From NCBI GenBank assembly GCA_013375475.1, contig JABXKD010000033.1, positions 1-39,172 of the forward strand: 39,172 nt of DNA, read 5' to 3'. The translations under genes were made by a program, and so were the position numbers. The notes beneath the pieces were generated by a model that was not told the DNA's origin, did no database searches, and saw only the letters and a list, made by a program, of their open reading frames with translations. The stretch is from Promethearchaeota archaeon. GTDB lineage: Archaea > Asgardarchaeota > Lokiarchaeia > Sigyniarchaeales > SOKP01. Below, one piece after another: positions 9,390 through 18,647 of this stretch. Numbering within the stretch: the stretch's first letter is position 1; each line of letters begins with the position of its first letter.

Positions 9390-10889
9390 CTAACTTTTTA
9401 ATACTTTTTCTACGCGAAAAATATGACTCTTCCAACTATCTAATTCAACATATAATCCATTTTTGTTTAGATCTTCTCCTTTATAGTTATACTTGTTCCC
9501 CGTTAAAAGATCTGTAAATCGCCAATCAAAGTGTTCATAGCTTATATCATCGATTATGATATGTGCTTTAGAGGTATTGGAACTGTAATTGACTGTAATT
9601 AATAATCTTTGGTTATCTATTAACCATTGATATGAGATTATGTTGTTATGAGAATTATCATTCATACCCACAGGCTTGGATTTGCATAAGGACCACCTAG
9701 CTTCATCAAACTCTCTTCCAGGAGCAACCCTTAACAATTTATCATAAAATTCTATTAGATTTATATCATCTTCTTCAAATTCGCCCCTTCCTAGTTGAAC
9801 TGGTATTTTAATTTTTTTTCCCCGGGTCTGTCCTTCAAATATTAATCGGGCACCTGGTAATGTTAAAGTAAGGACAGAAGCAGCTTTAGAAGGTTCATAT
9901 CCAAAAGTTGTTAATGCTCTTGGTTCGTCGTGGTTTTCAATAAATCGAAGTAATTTATTCTGATAATCTAAATCGGCATTAAGGTGATCTCGTACGCTTT
10001 GAACTTTAAGACTAGCTAAACATTCGTATAATCTCTTATCATAACAATAATCAAAACCTTGCTGAATTAAATCCCGTTCCATATCCCAATATACTTCAGC
10101 TATGAATTTAAAATCGGGGTATTTTTTTTTTACAACTTGGATGATTTCCTCCCAAAACTCAGTTTCAGGTAATGAACCTGCTTTTTCCCCCCAAGTTTTA
10201 CTAAAAACACTGGTAGTCATTAACATTGCCATATCACATCGAACCCCATCACATTGTTGAGCGATCGAGAGTAAGGTGTTAACTGCTTTTGAGCGAGCTT
10301 CAGCAGAAAACGCGTTAATTTGAACCGTGTCTGTCCAGGGAGGAAAATTAGGATCTCTTCCGTGCGCATACACAATATCTCCAACTGAAAAAAAATCGTA
10401 TGGTTTTGTCATTAGTTCATTTAAAGTCCCCTTAATAAAAACATCAGATTTCTCAAGTGTCCAGAGATGATCAATTGAAACATGGTTTGGTACGTAATCT
10501 AATATCAGCGATATATCCCGTTTTTTTAAGTCTTCTCGGAACGATTTAAGGGCGTCTGGACCGCCTAATTGAGAACTAATGTGATAATAATAAACAGAAT
10601 AAGGCGAACCTACAACATCCTGAGCATTAAAATTTCTCAAAGCTTTACGATAACCCTCCTGTAAACCTTCATGATTCATAGCTATTTCTCTTCCTATAGG
10701 GCTACGTTCCCAAACTCCCATTAACCAGACTACATCAAAAACAGACAATTCTTGGTATATTAACTCAAGGGGAATATCCTTAAGTTTAATATTATAACCA
10801 ATAATATCAGATAAATTAGTTAACCATGGCCACGTGTTAATCTCATATATCTTAGGATGGTTAGGCCAACGACTTCTTTCTATTGGCAT
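9390..10889 (-). CDS. Alpha-amylase family glycoside hydrolase (GH13), no evident signal peptide
   Basis: Conserved GH13 regions LDYVPNH, DGVRCDMA (nucleophile), FIAEVYW (acid/base) and FIENHDE. Confidence 0.92.
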   Translation of the reverse strand: MPIERSRWPNHPKIYEINTWPWLTNLSDIIGYNIKLKDIPLELIYQELSVFDVVWLMGVWERSPIGREIAMNHEGLQEGYRKALRNFNAQDVVGSPYSVYYYHISSQLGGPDALKSFREDLKKRDISLILDYVPNHVSIDHLWTLEKSDVFIKGTLNELMTKPYDFFSVGDIVYAHGRDPNFPPWTDTVQINAFSAEARSKAVNTLLSIAQQCDGVRCDMAMLMTTSVFSKTWGEKAGSLPETEFWEEIIQVVKKKYPDFKFIAEVYWDMERDLIQQGFDYCYDKRLYECLASLKVQSVRDHLNADLDYQNKLLRFIENHDEPRALTTFGYEPSKAASVLTLTLPGARLIFEGQTRGKKIKIPVQLGRGEFEEDDINLIEFYDKLLRVAPGREFDEARWSLCKSKPVGMNDNSHNNIISYQWLIDNQRLLITVNYSSNTSKAHIIIDDISYEHFDWRFTDLLTGNKYNYKGEDLNKNGLYVELDSWKSHIFRVEKVLKS

Positions 10890-11070
10890 GATTATTTTTT
10901 ATTTTTTTGTGATCATTGATTTGTAATTACTAATTAATATCCCCCTTAATTTAAAAAATAAATTCTATTATTAATACAAATTGAATAGTTTTGTTGTTTC
11001 TTTTAAGAACAAATATATATAAATTAATAGATAATCATAATATAATAAAAGAAAATATGAAATGTGATTT

Positions 11071-11652
11071 TTGAAAGTGAGTGAAGAGAAAGACGCGATT
11101 CGAAAGTTAATAATGCTCATTTCCGACCTTCGGGCTAAAGATGAGGAACGATACGAAGCACATGTTAATTTCATGAACGAGACTATCAAAATGATAAGTG
11201 CAATCGAATCCCAAATGAATAAACATTGGTCTACAGTATTAGAATCCCTTAAAGAACTAAATAATAATATTAATACAAATTTAGATTCATTACTTACGGG
11301 TATAAATCCTAAGGGGCTTAGAGAAACTTCGAAATCCCTTCAAGAAATCATGGATACAATGAATAAAAGCGTACAATCAATGAATCTAGAGAAAGTTTTA
11401 AGCGAATTGAAAGTTTTAAAAGCTTCAGCTGCACCTAGCGCACAAGCGTCTTTTCAATCCCAAAATATCCCACTTACTCCAAAACCAGAACCCATCACTG
11501 CAAATATCAACATACAACCTCCTACAGGAATACTCCCTCCAACATCACAAGACGCTGAAGTATATGGATTTGTCCCTGGAAAAAAAAAGAAAAAGAAAGA
11601 TGAAGAAGACGAACCTCATTTAATGAAGCCGAGCGATTTATTTAAAAAATAA
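11071..11652 (+). CDS. Hypothetical protein: helical/coiled-coil N-terminus, Pro-rich linker, Lys/acidic tail
   Basis: 193-aa ORF filling the gap between neighbours. TTG start preceded by SD-like TGTGAT. Confidence 0.7.
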   Translation: MKVSEEKDAIRKLIMLISDLRAKDEERYEAHVNFMNETIKMISAIESQMNKHWSTVLESLKELNNNINTNLDSLLTGINPKGLRETSKSLQEIMDTMNKSVQSMNLEKVLSELKVLKASAAPSAQASFQSQNIPLTPKPEPITANINIQPPTGILPPTSQDAEVYGFVPGKKKKKKDEEDEPHLMKPSDLFKK

Positions 11653-11660
11653 GTAAATAT

Positions 11661-13019
11661 TTATTCTACACTCTTTAATCTCTCCATAAAAGGTTCTACT
11701 TTGGTTTTTACTTGTTCTATGTTTTCTCCTATTTTTTTGAAATTAATTACTATTGCAGGAATATCTAATTCAGATTTTAGCTTTTCCTTTAATTTATCGT
11801 ATGTTTTTGATATTGATGGGCAACCAAACACTTGGTTGAAGATTAAACCATCAATATCCATTTTTTCTGCAACCGTTAAAAACGAATTCGTCAAGTTTTC
11901 ATCGTCACATCCAATACCTTTCGCTGATGCATTCAAGAGAAATCGAGCGTATTCTTCAATTGGACTAGAGTGGGTTGATATGGGAATTTCTTCCAAAAAA
12001 CCTAGAACATCCCAATCTGCATAAATTATTCTTCCCCCTAATTTATAGATAATTTCGTGTACTTCAGGTTCCCATCCTTGATACATTGGAGCAAATAACA
12101 GCCTTGGCATTTTAGAAACATCCATGCCTATACCCTTTCTTATTCTCTCTCTCATTTCTTTAACTAATTGGCTTAAATTTTCTAAATATCGTTGTGAGTT
12201 AGAATTATAATCTTGAAATGTAATTGTTAAAAGAGCTAAAATTTCAGCAAATGTTGCGGGATTACACGGGTAGAAATCTGAGCTACTAATCTCGTAAAGA
12301 ATCGTTTTGTAAAATCTTTTTACTTGGTTTCCAATTCGAAATTGCTTCTGTAAGCTATTATCTGATACAAAATTACCCGTAATGTTTTCCAATTCGCTTA
12401 TTCCGTTCTTAATATTATCAACAATTTGTTCAAGAGCTTCAGTTTCTTTAAATGATTTTTTAGGAGGTACATCGATTAAAATTTGCTTAGGAACAGTTGT
12501 TTTTAACGACTCATAAAACTTATTCCATCTCCCACAGCGCATAGCGAAATTAAGGTGAGCGTCCACATTTTTTCCTTTTGATCTATGCATCCCATAAAGA
12601 GCGTTAATACCGTAGCATAATTCTGAAGGAACGCCATTACTAACACCTAATTCGTACATTTCATTATATTTTTTGTTTATCGAAGTGATAACGTCTTCAA
12701 GGATTTTATCAACAATCTTTAAGACATCGAATTGACGAGCAAAATCCAAAAATTTTGCGGTTAAATCCCAACCTAGAACCGAAGTAGCTGATGTTATTGG
12801 TGTTAAATATCTGCTAAAATCAAAAGATTCCATCCTTATTGGAAAAACTGGAACTGCTCCAACCGCAAAAACTAAATCGGGGAATCCTAAAGCAACAGAA
12901 ATTAATTTCTTCTTTTCTCGAAATTTTTTCTTTCGTAAGTAATCTCTCCCTGTTAAAAAATTTGACGCCATTTTTAGAACAGATGTGAAACTTAGGACAT
13001 CATCAGCGTATACACTCGT
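11661..13019 (-). CDS. 2-hydroxyacyl-CoA dehydratase/benzoyl-CoA reductase family Fe-S subunit, paralog 2; probable ACG start
   Basis: Colinear paralog of 15275..16630, sharing FYPCNPATF and RERIRKGIGMDVS. Cys in LCYG, MRCG and FGC. The ORF track starts at 12971, but homology extends 16 codons further to ACG at 13019. Confidence 0.82.
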   Translation of the reverse strand, partial: TSVYADDVLSFTSVLKMASNFLTGRDYLRKKKFREKKKLISVALGFPDLVFAVGAVPVFPIRMESFDFSRYLTPITSATSVLGWDLTAKFLDFARQFDVLKIVDKILEDVITSINKKYNEMYELGVSNGVPSELCYGINALYGMHRSKGKNVDAHLNFAMRCGRWNKFYESLKTTVPKQILIDVPPKKSFKETEALEQIVDNIKNGISELENITGNFVSDNSLQKQFRIGNQVKRFYKTILYEISSSDFYPCNPATFAEILALLTITFQDYNSNSQRYLENLSQLVKEMRERIRKGIGMDVSKMPRLLFAPMYQGWEPEVHEIIYKLGGRIIYADWDVLGFLEEIPISTHSSPIEEYARFLLNASAKGIGCDDENLTNSFLTVAEKMDIDGLIFNQVFGCPSISKTYDKLKEKLKSELDIPAIVINFKKIGENIEQVKTKVEPFMERLKSVE

Positions 13020-13023
13020 TTTA

Positions 13024-13033
13024 GGATCATCTC
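13024..13033 (-). promoter_or_regulatory. Shine-Dalgarno-like site in front of the ACG at 13019
   Basis: GAGATGATCC matches 9 of 10 positions of GAGGTGATCC, the complement of the typical archaeal 16S 3' end. It lies 4 nt before the ACG. Confidence 0.65.
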
Positions 13034-13141
13034 AAGATACAGTTTAAATTTAAGGTTTTTAGGACTACAATTACAAATTAGTAATTTAAAAGTAATAAAA
13101 TTTATGAGCTAAATTATAAGGTTTTAAAATACTATAATATC

Positions 13142-13606
13142 ATGGAGCCTAGTAAAATTGAATGGAAGAGTAGTTTAATTAAAAGTCTAATATATAGAAG
13201 TATTACGCTTGTACTGGGAACAACCACGGCATATATTTTAACTGGAAGTATCGCAATTGCTACAGGTACCGCACTTTTGACAGAATTAGTCCAAGGAATA
13301 TTCTATTTTGTTTATGAACTTGTGTGGAGTAATATTGCAAGAAGAAAACTCGAAAGTCGCATCTTTAACAGTCTCCAGATTAAAGAAATTGATTTAAAAA
13401 TAAATTATACTTCAATAGAAGAACTAGCTTATGTTCTTTCACAAATAGACACCTTCGTTCCAAAATTATATTTGAGTACCCTCAACATTTTGAATAGTAT
13501 ACTCAAAAATGAAGAATTAGAGGAAATCAGAGAAAAAATTCAAAAATATAAAGATCACTTCCAGAGAGTTCACTCACGTAGAAAATTATTTTTTGTTAAA
13601 GGGTGA
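13142..13606 (+). CDS. DUF2061-like small membrane domain with a C-terminal helical extension
   Basis: SLIKSLIYR...AYILTGSIAIA...FYFVYELVWSNI fits the DUF2061 pattern. Confidence 0.7.
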   Translation: MEPSKIEWKSSLIKSLIYRSITLVLGTTTAYILTGSIAIATGTALLTELVQGIFYFVYELVWSNIARRKLESRIFNSLQIKEIDLKINYTSIEELAYVLSQIDTFVPKLYLSTLNILNSILKNEELEEIREKIQKYKDHFQRVHSRRKLFFVKG

Positions 13607-13951
13607 ACATTTCTATTTTCGATGAAATTTACTAATTTCTAATTCTAAAACTATAATTCTAGTATATTTATGATTCTATAAAGTTTCTTAGAAAAAAATT
13701 AAATAAGATAACTCATTTATATTAATTAGAGATATTAAGTATTTGATATTCTCACACCTGCAAAACTTTTTAGGAATTTAGCTTAAAAAATAAAATTTAG
13801 GAAGGCAGTTACTGTATTAAATTAATTTTTGCCTACTTTCGATAGACAAAAAGCTGAATTTTTAATAATAAAATGACTTACTTCTTAAGGTAGAATTGGC
13901 AATCAAATACTCTAAAGTGATATTTTAGCAAAAAAACAAAAAAATAAGAGA

Positions 13952-15250
13952 GTGATAATAATAAGAACAAAAAATATTGAGAATTTAATAACTATGAACG
14001 AAATTTCTTCAGCTATCCAAAAAACTTTTAACTCTCAATTCAGGATTTCTAAAAAATCTATTATTTCTGAGGATTACCTATTAATAATAGGTCTCAGTGA
14101 AAAAGGGTTTATTTCAGTGGTTCAATCTTCCATAGATAAGAATTTTGAGAGGACTCGCATATCCATTTTGGCGTTTAAAACTAAATCATTAGCTAAAGAA
14201 TTAAAAATACAACATGAATCGCATAATTGGATAAACCTTATTGAAGAAAAATTGATTCAATCATTGAAAACTGAGGTTAAAAATGAATTTCACAATCCAT
14301 TTACAGAACTTTCTAAATTTCAATTAGAGAAAGCTCAAGAAAAAAGGAAAATATTTAAGCTCGAAACAAGAATTCTAAATGTTTTAATAAAGCATTTATA
14401 TCATGTTATTGACTTTTCAGACGGAATTATGAAATTTCCTTTTTCTGTGAACCATATTGATGGAAAGCGGGAAGAATGGGATGAAATTTATTTTCCATAT
14501 GTTGAATTAATTGAAAAAAATATAATTAAAACCAATCTAGAGAATACAAAAGTTTATCGCAACTATAATTTTGCATTAAAGGGTGATAGTTTTCAAAGAG
14601 TAATAGATCTAGTAATGGTTACAACTAAAGAATCTTCCCTAGACCCCAAAAGTCAAGCTACTGAAGAAATAAATCCCTATGATTATGAGATTACTTTTAT
14701 TTATTGTAATAGAACGTCTAAACCATTTAAATATATGAGTTTATTAAAATTTATAAATGAAATTAAGTCGTTTTCAGAGAAATTCAAGAATGATAAAAAA
14801 AATGAGTGCCATAATATCAAGTCACAATTAATTTTAATCTCCCAATTTGGACATGACCTAGAAATTAGAGATTATCTGAGAAGTCATTTGATTAGAGAAG
14901 TAGATTACACTATTCCTTTAATGTTTGTACCTCCTTTTAAAGATAAAGTGTGGCATAATTTTATTGAATATGAGGATTTAAAAACACAAAAGCGAGATGA
15001 TTTGGAGAATATTATCAGAATAGGTAATAAGAGACAAGCATCATATTCTTTTAGGAATAATATGGTAAAAACCGCAAAAAGTGATTATGCTCAGATAATT
15101 GCACGAGATAAATTGGATAAAATCGATAATGAGTTTTTAAATATGTGGTATCAAATATTAAATGTTTCTGAATCAGCGGAAATTCTAAAAATCAATAAAG
15201 ATCAAGAGAAATCTGATAAAGATATTAAAGAGAAGATATCAATATATTAA
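13952..15250 (+). CDS. Hypothetical protein with a possible degenerate Mrr-like PD-(D/E)xK domain
   Basis: Long ORF containing VYRNYNFALKGDSFQRVIDLV...FIYCN...LILISQFGH. The start is uncertain (GTG 13952 or ATG 13994). Confidence 0.55.
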   Translation: MIIIRTKNIENLITMNEISSAIQKTFNSQFRISKKSIISEDYLLIIGLSEKGFISVVQSSIDKNFERTRISILAFKTKSLAKELKIQHESHNWINLIEEKLIQSLKTEVKNEFHNPFTELSKFQLEKAQEKRKIFKLETRILNVLIKHLYHVIDFSDGIMKFPFSVNHIDGKREEWDEIYFPYVELIEKNIIKTNLENTKVYRNYNFALKGDSFQRVIDLVMVTTKESSLDPKSQATEEINPYDYEITFIYCNRTSKPFKYMSLLKFINEIKSFSEKFKNDKKNECHNIKSQLILISQFGHDLEIRDYLRSHLIREVDYTIPLMFVPPFKDKVWHNFIEYEDLKTQKRDDLENIIRIGNKRQASYSFRNNMVKTAKSDYAQIIARDKLDKIDNEFLNMWYQILNVSESAEILKINKDQEKSDKDIKEKISIY

Positions 15251-15274
15251 GGTATTTTCTTTAATTTTAGAAAA

Positions 15275-16630
15275 TTATTTGAACATTTCCATAAAGGCAC
15301 CTAATCTGGTTTTCACTTGATCGATTGATTCTCCTATTTTATTAAATGTAATTGCTGTAGTCGGTATTTCAAGCTCATTTCTTATTTTTTCTCTTAGCAT
15401 AGAATAACAATTTGAAATGGAGTGACATCCAAATAATTGAAAAAATATCATTCCATCAGCATTTAAATCCCTTGCCATTCTCAAATAAGAGTCAGTTAAC
15501 TTATCATTATCGCAACCAATTCCTGTTTCTGTAGCTCTCATAAGAAATCGGGCGTACTCCTCAGAAGGATTTGAATTAGGTGATGTGGGAATTTCTTCTA
15601 ATAATTGTAACAGTTCCCAATCGGCATACAGCGCTCTTCCACCCAATTCATAAATTATCTCATGACTTTTTGGTTCCCATCCTCCAAACATCGGGGTCAC
15701 AAATATTCGAGGCATATTAGATACGTCCATTCCAATTCCTTTTCTAATTCTTTCTCTCATTTCTTTTTCGAGAGACACAATATTATCTCTATATCTGGTT
15801 GCGTTTGAGTTATAATCTTGAAATGTAATGCTTAAGAGTGCCATAATTTCGCTAAATGTCGCAGGATTGCACGGATAAAAATCAGAAGCGCTAATATCAT
15901 AAATTATGTTTTTGTACGCTCTTTTTACTTGGTTACCGATTTTGAAATGATCTCTTATCTGATTATCTGTAATTGTTTTACCTGTTAATTCCTCAAAGTC
16001 CTTAATCGCGTGTGAAATGTTATCCGTTAGTAATTCTATGGCATTTCCAATGTTTCTAGGAGGTATATCTATCCAAATTTGCTTGGGACCTTCGTTAATT
16101 GCTTGCAAAGATTCAAGATATTTATTGTAGGCGCTACAACGGATCGTAACGTTAAGGCAAGCATCTACATTGCTTCCTTTGGAGACATGCATACCCACTA
16201 AGCTTTTCAACCCGTAGCAAAAATCAGTTGAGATTCCATATTCAATTCCAATATCATACATTTCGTTGTACTTTTTATTTATTACATCAATTACATCTTC
16301 AATAATATCATCTACGATTTTGCTTACTTCGTTAATTCCAAGATTTCTTATAAATCCTAGAAAATTAGATACCGTGTTCCAACCAAAAATACTTGAAGCT
16401 GAGCCTAAATAGGTAAGATATTGACTTATTTCAAATTCATGCATTCTAATTGGAAAAACAGGAATAGTATCAGCCGCAAAAGCTAAATCTGAAAAAGGTA
16501 AAGTTACAGCTACTAATTTCTCTTTTTCTCTGAATTTCTTACGCTTTAAATAATTTCTACTAGCAAGTAAGTTATAAGCTATCTTTAAAACTGAGGAGAA
16601 TGTTATGATTTCATCTGCAATTAAACTCAT
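15275..16630 (-). CDS. 2-hydroxyacyl-CoA dehydratase/benzoyl-CoA reductase family Fe-S subunit, paralog 1
   Basis: Cys in FCYG, IRCS and LFGCH. C-terminal QVKTRLGAFMEM. ATGA overlap with the upstream subunit. Confidence 0.85.
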   Translation of the reverse strand: MSLIADEIITFSSVLKIAYNLLASRNYLKRKKFREKEKLVAVTLPFSDLAFAADTIPVFPIRMHEFEISQYLTYLGSASSIFGWNTVSNFLGFIRNLGINEVSKIVDDIIEDVIDVINKKYNEMYDIGIEYGISTDFCYGLKSLVGMHVSKGSNVDACLNVTIRCSAYNKYLESLQAINEGPKQIWIDIPPRNIGNAIELLTDNISHAIKDFEELTGKTITDNQIRDHFKIGNQVKRAYKNIIYDISASDFYPCNPATFSEIMALLSITFQDYNSNATRYRDNIVSLEKEMRERIRKGIGMDVSNMPRIFVTPMFGGWEPKSHEIIYELGGRALYADWELLQLLEEIPTSPNSNPSEEYARFLMRATETGIGCDNDKLTDSYLRMARDLNADGMIFFQLFGCHSISNCYSMLREKIRNELEIPTTAITFNKIGESIDQVKTRLGAFMEMFK

Positions 16631-17766
16631 TTCATCATCTCTAGATATGCTTCAATTCTTGTTGATAATTGACCTCTATTTGCTCTCGAGTAATCTCGTT
16701 CTAAATTTAGAACTTGAATTCCTTTTTCTTGAAGTCTATCCTTTAAAAAAGAGGACATTAACGAGATGTGGTCACAAAACTTAATGATGTGGTTGATTAC
16801 ACCTAGTTTTTTACCTTTTGTTTTTGTATAGTCTTGGTAATAATTCTCGATTTGAGATATTTTATGTTGAAGAAAATTAGGTACTGAATGGTCCCCATAT
16901 ATATTATTCTTAAACTTCAAAACTAGTAATTCTAAAGGATCTTTTTCAGTATCTATACTATTATCATCTATAATTTGGGAATAATAATGATTCCCAATCC
17001 AAGTATCGAAAAAAATTATGTTTCCTCCTCCTTCCTCGATTAAATCGACCATATTATCGTTAATAAAGATCGAGCAGCCAGTAAGTAAAACGGCTTTAGA
17101 TGTTTCTGATATAGGGGATGGATTTTCTTTAACATAATGAATAAATTTTTCTAAATCTGGTTGAAATTCAGGACCATAAAGCATGGCTCTATGCAAAACT
17201 TTTAATTTTTCCGATCCTAGAATCTCTAACTCATTAACTTTTAGAAGGACTTTTTTAAATTGATTATACTTGTTTATACTCTCAAATAATCTCTCGTTAG
17301 TTATTTCAGTTCCAATAATTTCTTCAAGTTTGCTCTTTAGGTCTAATAATTCTAATTTAAAATATTTCAGACTGCTTTCATTTTTCGTATAGGGAACATA
17401 AAAGTTCAATCGAGAGATGTTGAAATATCTGGAAATAATCTCTGAAACACAAACGTCTGAAACACAGTGATTAGAAACTATAAAATAATCTACTAATTCC
17501 AAGAATTTAAAGAGATTAGGTTTTGTTGAAAATAATCCTATACAAGACTGAGCGAAAGCACAGGTGGATGGTGGTAAAAAATCATGGCTCGCATCCATCA
17601 ATTCGTCATTCCCACCAAACATCAACCTTAAAGGAAAGAAACCAGCAGCATCAAGTAACTCTTCGGGGATATTATCGTGAGCTAAGTAAGCAACTATTTT
17701 AACTCCTTCTGACTTTTTTTCCTTAAGAAATAGAGTAATATCAGATAATAAACTTAGATCATCCAT
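16627..17766 (-). CDS. 2-hydroxyacyl-CoA dehydratase family subunit (HgdB/FldC-like)
   Basis: IPEELLDAAGFFPLR, STCAF, NHCV, KFCD, LERDY...GQLSTRIEAYLEM. The ATG at 17766 is preferred over the TTG at 17772. Confidence 0.88.
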   Translation of the reverse strand: MDDLSLLSDITLFLKEKKSEGVKIVAYLAHDNIPEELLDAAGFFPLRLMFGGNDELMDASHDFLPPSTCAFAQSCIGLFSTKPNLFKFLELVDYFIVSNHCVSDVCVSEIISRYFNISRLNFYVPYTKNESSLKYFKLELLDLKSKLEEIIGTEITNERLFESINKYNQFKKVLLKVNELEILGSEKLKVLHRAMLYGPEFQPDLEKFIHYVKENPSPISETSKAVLLTGCSIFINDNMVDLIEEGGGNIIFFDTWIGNHYYSQIIDDNSIDTEKDPLELLVLKFKNNIYGDHSVPNFLQHKISQIENYYQDYTKTKGKKLGVINHIIKFCDHISLMSSFLKDRLQEKGIQVLNLERDYSRANRGQLSTRIEAYLEMMK

Positions 17767-17788
17767 AATCAAAAAATTGACACTTATT

Positions 17789-18568
17789 TCAATTAGAACT
17801 GTTTTCTTGAGCGATTAAAGCGGCGCCAATAGCTCCAGTTAACTGAGGAAATTCGGGTGTTTCAACCTCATAACCAAGTTCTTCTTCTAAGTATTTTTTC
17901 ACTGCGGGATTTTTAGCGACTCCACCACAAAATACTAATTTGGGGCCAACTCCAATGCGTTTTGCCATCCCCGCAACCCTTCTTGCGATTGATCTGTGAA
18001 TTCCGCTCGCTATTTCTTCTTTGGATGCGCCTCTTGCAAACAAGCTAATGACTTCGCTTTCCGCAAAAACAGTACATGTGGAACTGATTGAAGCAGATTT
18101 ATTGGATTTTAAAGCTAGATTCCCAAATTGATCAATAGGAACCTCTAAAGCGTGAGCCATGACCTCTAAGAATCTGCCTGTCCCTGCTGCGCACTTATCG
18201 TTCATTTGAAAATCGACTACATTTCCTGTTTTCTTAGATATAACGATCGCTTTGCTGTCTTGACCTCCAATATCAATAACTGAGTGAACATCTGGAAAGA
18301 AATATTGCGTACCTTTTGCGTGGGCAGTAATCTCAGTTACACGGTCATCTGCTATGTCTATTGTGTTCCGGCCGTAACCAGTACTCATCAAAAACACATC
18401 AGACTTGTTTAAATTATTCTTTTTTAGTAAATCGTCAAATAAGTTATGCCCAATTCTTTTAAAATCATATGTGGATCTCTCTGTCCTGTGATCAATTAAT
18501 TTTCCGTCGCTAATAAGAGCAATCTTTGTTGCTAATGAGCCTATATCAATTCCTATAAAAGTTTTCAA
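17789..18568 (-). CDS. hgdC: 2-hydroxyacyl-CoA dehydratase activator (ASKHA ATPase, HgdC/BadF-BadG family)
   Basis: GIDIGSLATK, STGYGR, TEITAH, DIGGQDSK, MNDKCAAGTGRFLE, ISSTCTVFAESE, GGVAKN. Likely start is TTG at 18568 (ORF track gives 18613). Confidence 0.93.
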   Translation of the reverse strand: MKTFIGIDIGSLATKIALISDGKLIDHRTERSTYDFKRIGHNLFDDLLKKNNLNKSDVFLMSTGYGRNTIDIADDRVTEITAHAKGTQYFFPDVHSVIDIGGQDSKAIVISKKTGNVVDFQMNDKCAAGTGRFLEVMAHALEVPIDQFGNLALKSNKSASISSTCTVFAESEVISLFARGASKEEIASGIHRSIARRVAGMAKRIGVGPKLVFCGGVAKNPAVKKYLEEELGYEVETPEFPQLTGAIGAALIAQENSSN

Positions 18569-18647
18569 CTTAATCCAACTAAATATTTTATTTTTTGTAG
18601 AGAAATTATCCAAAAAATTTTAATTTTTCGAAATATCAAATTTTATC

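Noticed and set aside
12991-13030. Out-of-frame ATG at 13030 with a frameshift into the dehydratase paralog
   Set aside because: There is no convincing slippery site. The ACG aligns exactly with the paralog's Met1, and this ATG is part of the SD motif.
13948-13963. Possible fifth non-AUG start (ATA behind GAGAGTGAT)
   Set aside because: No homolog is available to anchor the N-terminus, and GTG 13952 and ATG 13994 are viable alternatives.
15275-17766. Double-cubane cluster protein assignment
   Set aside because: By eye, several of the additional Cys ligands expected for a double cubane are missing, and the two-subunit layout fits the dehydratase/reductase type better.
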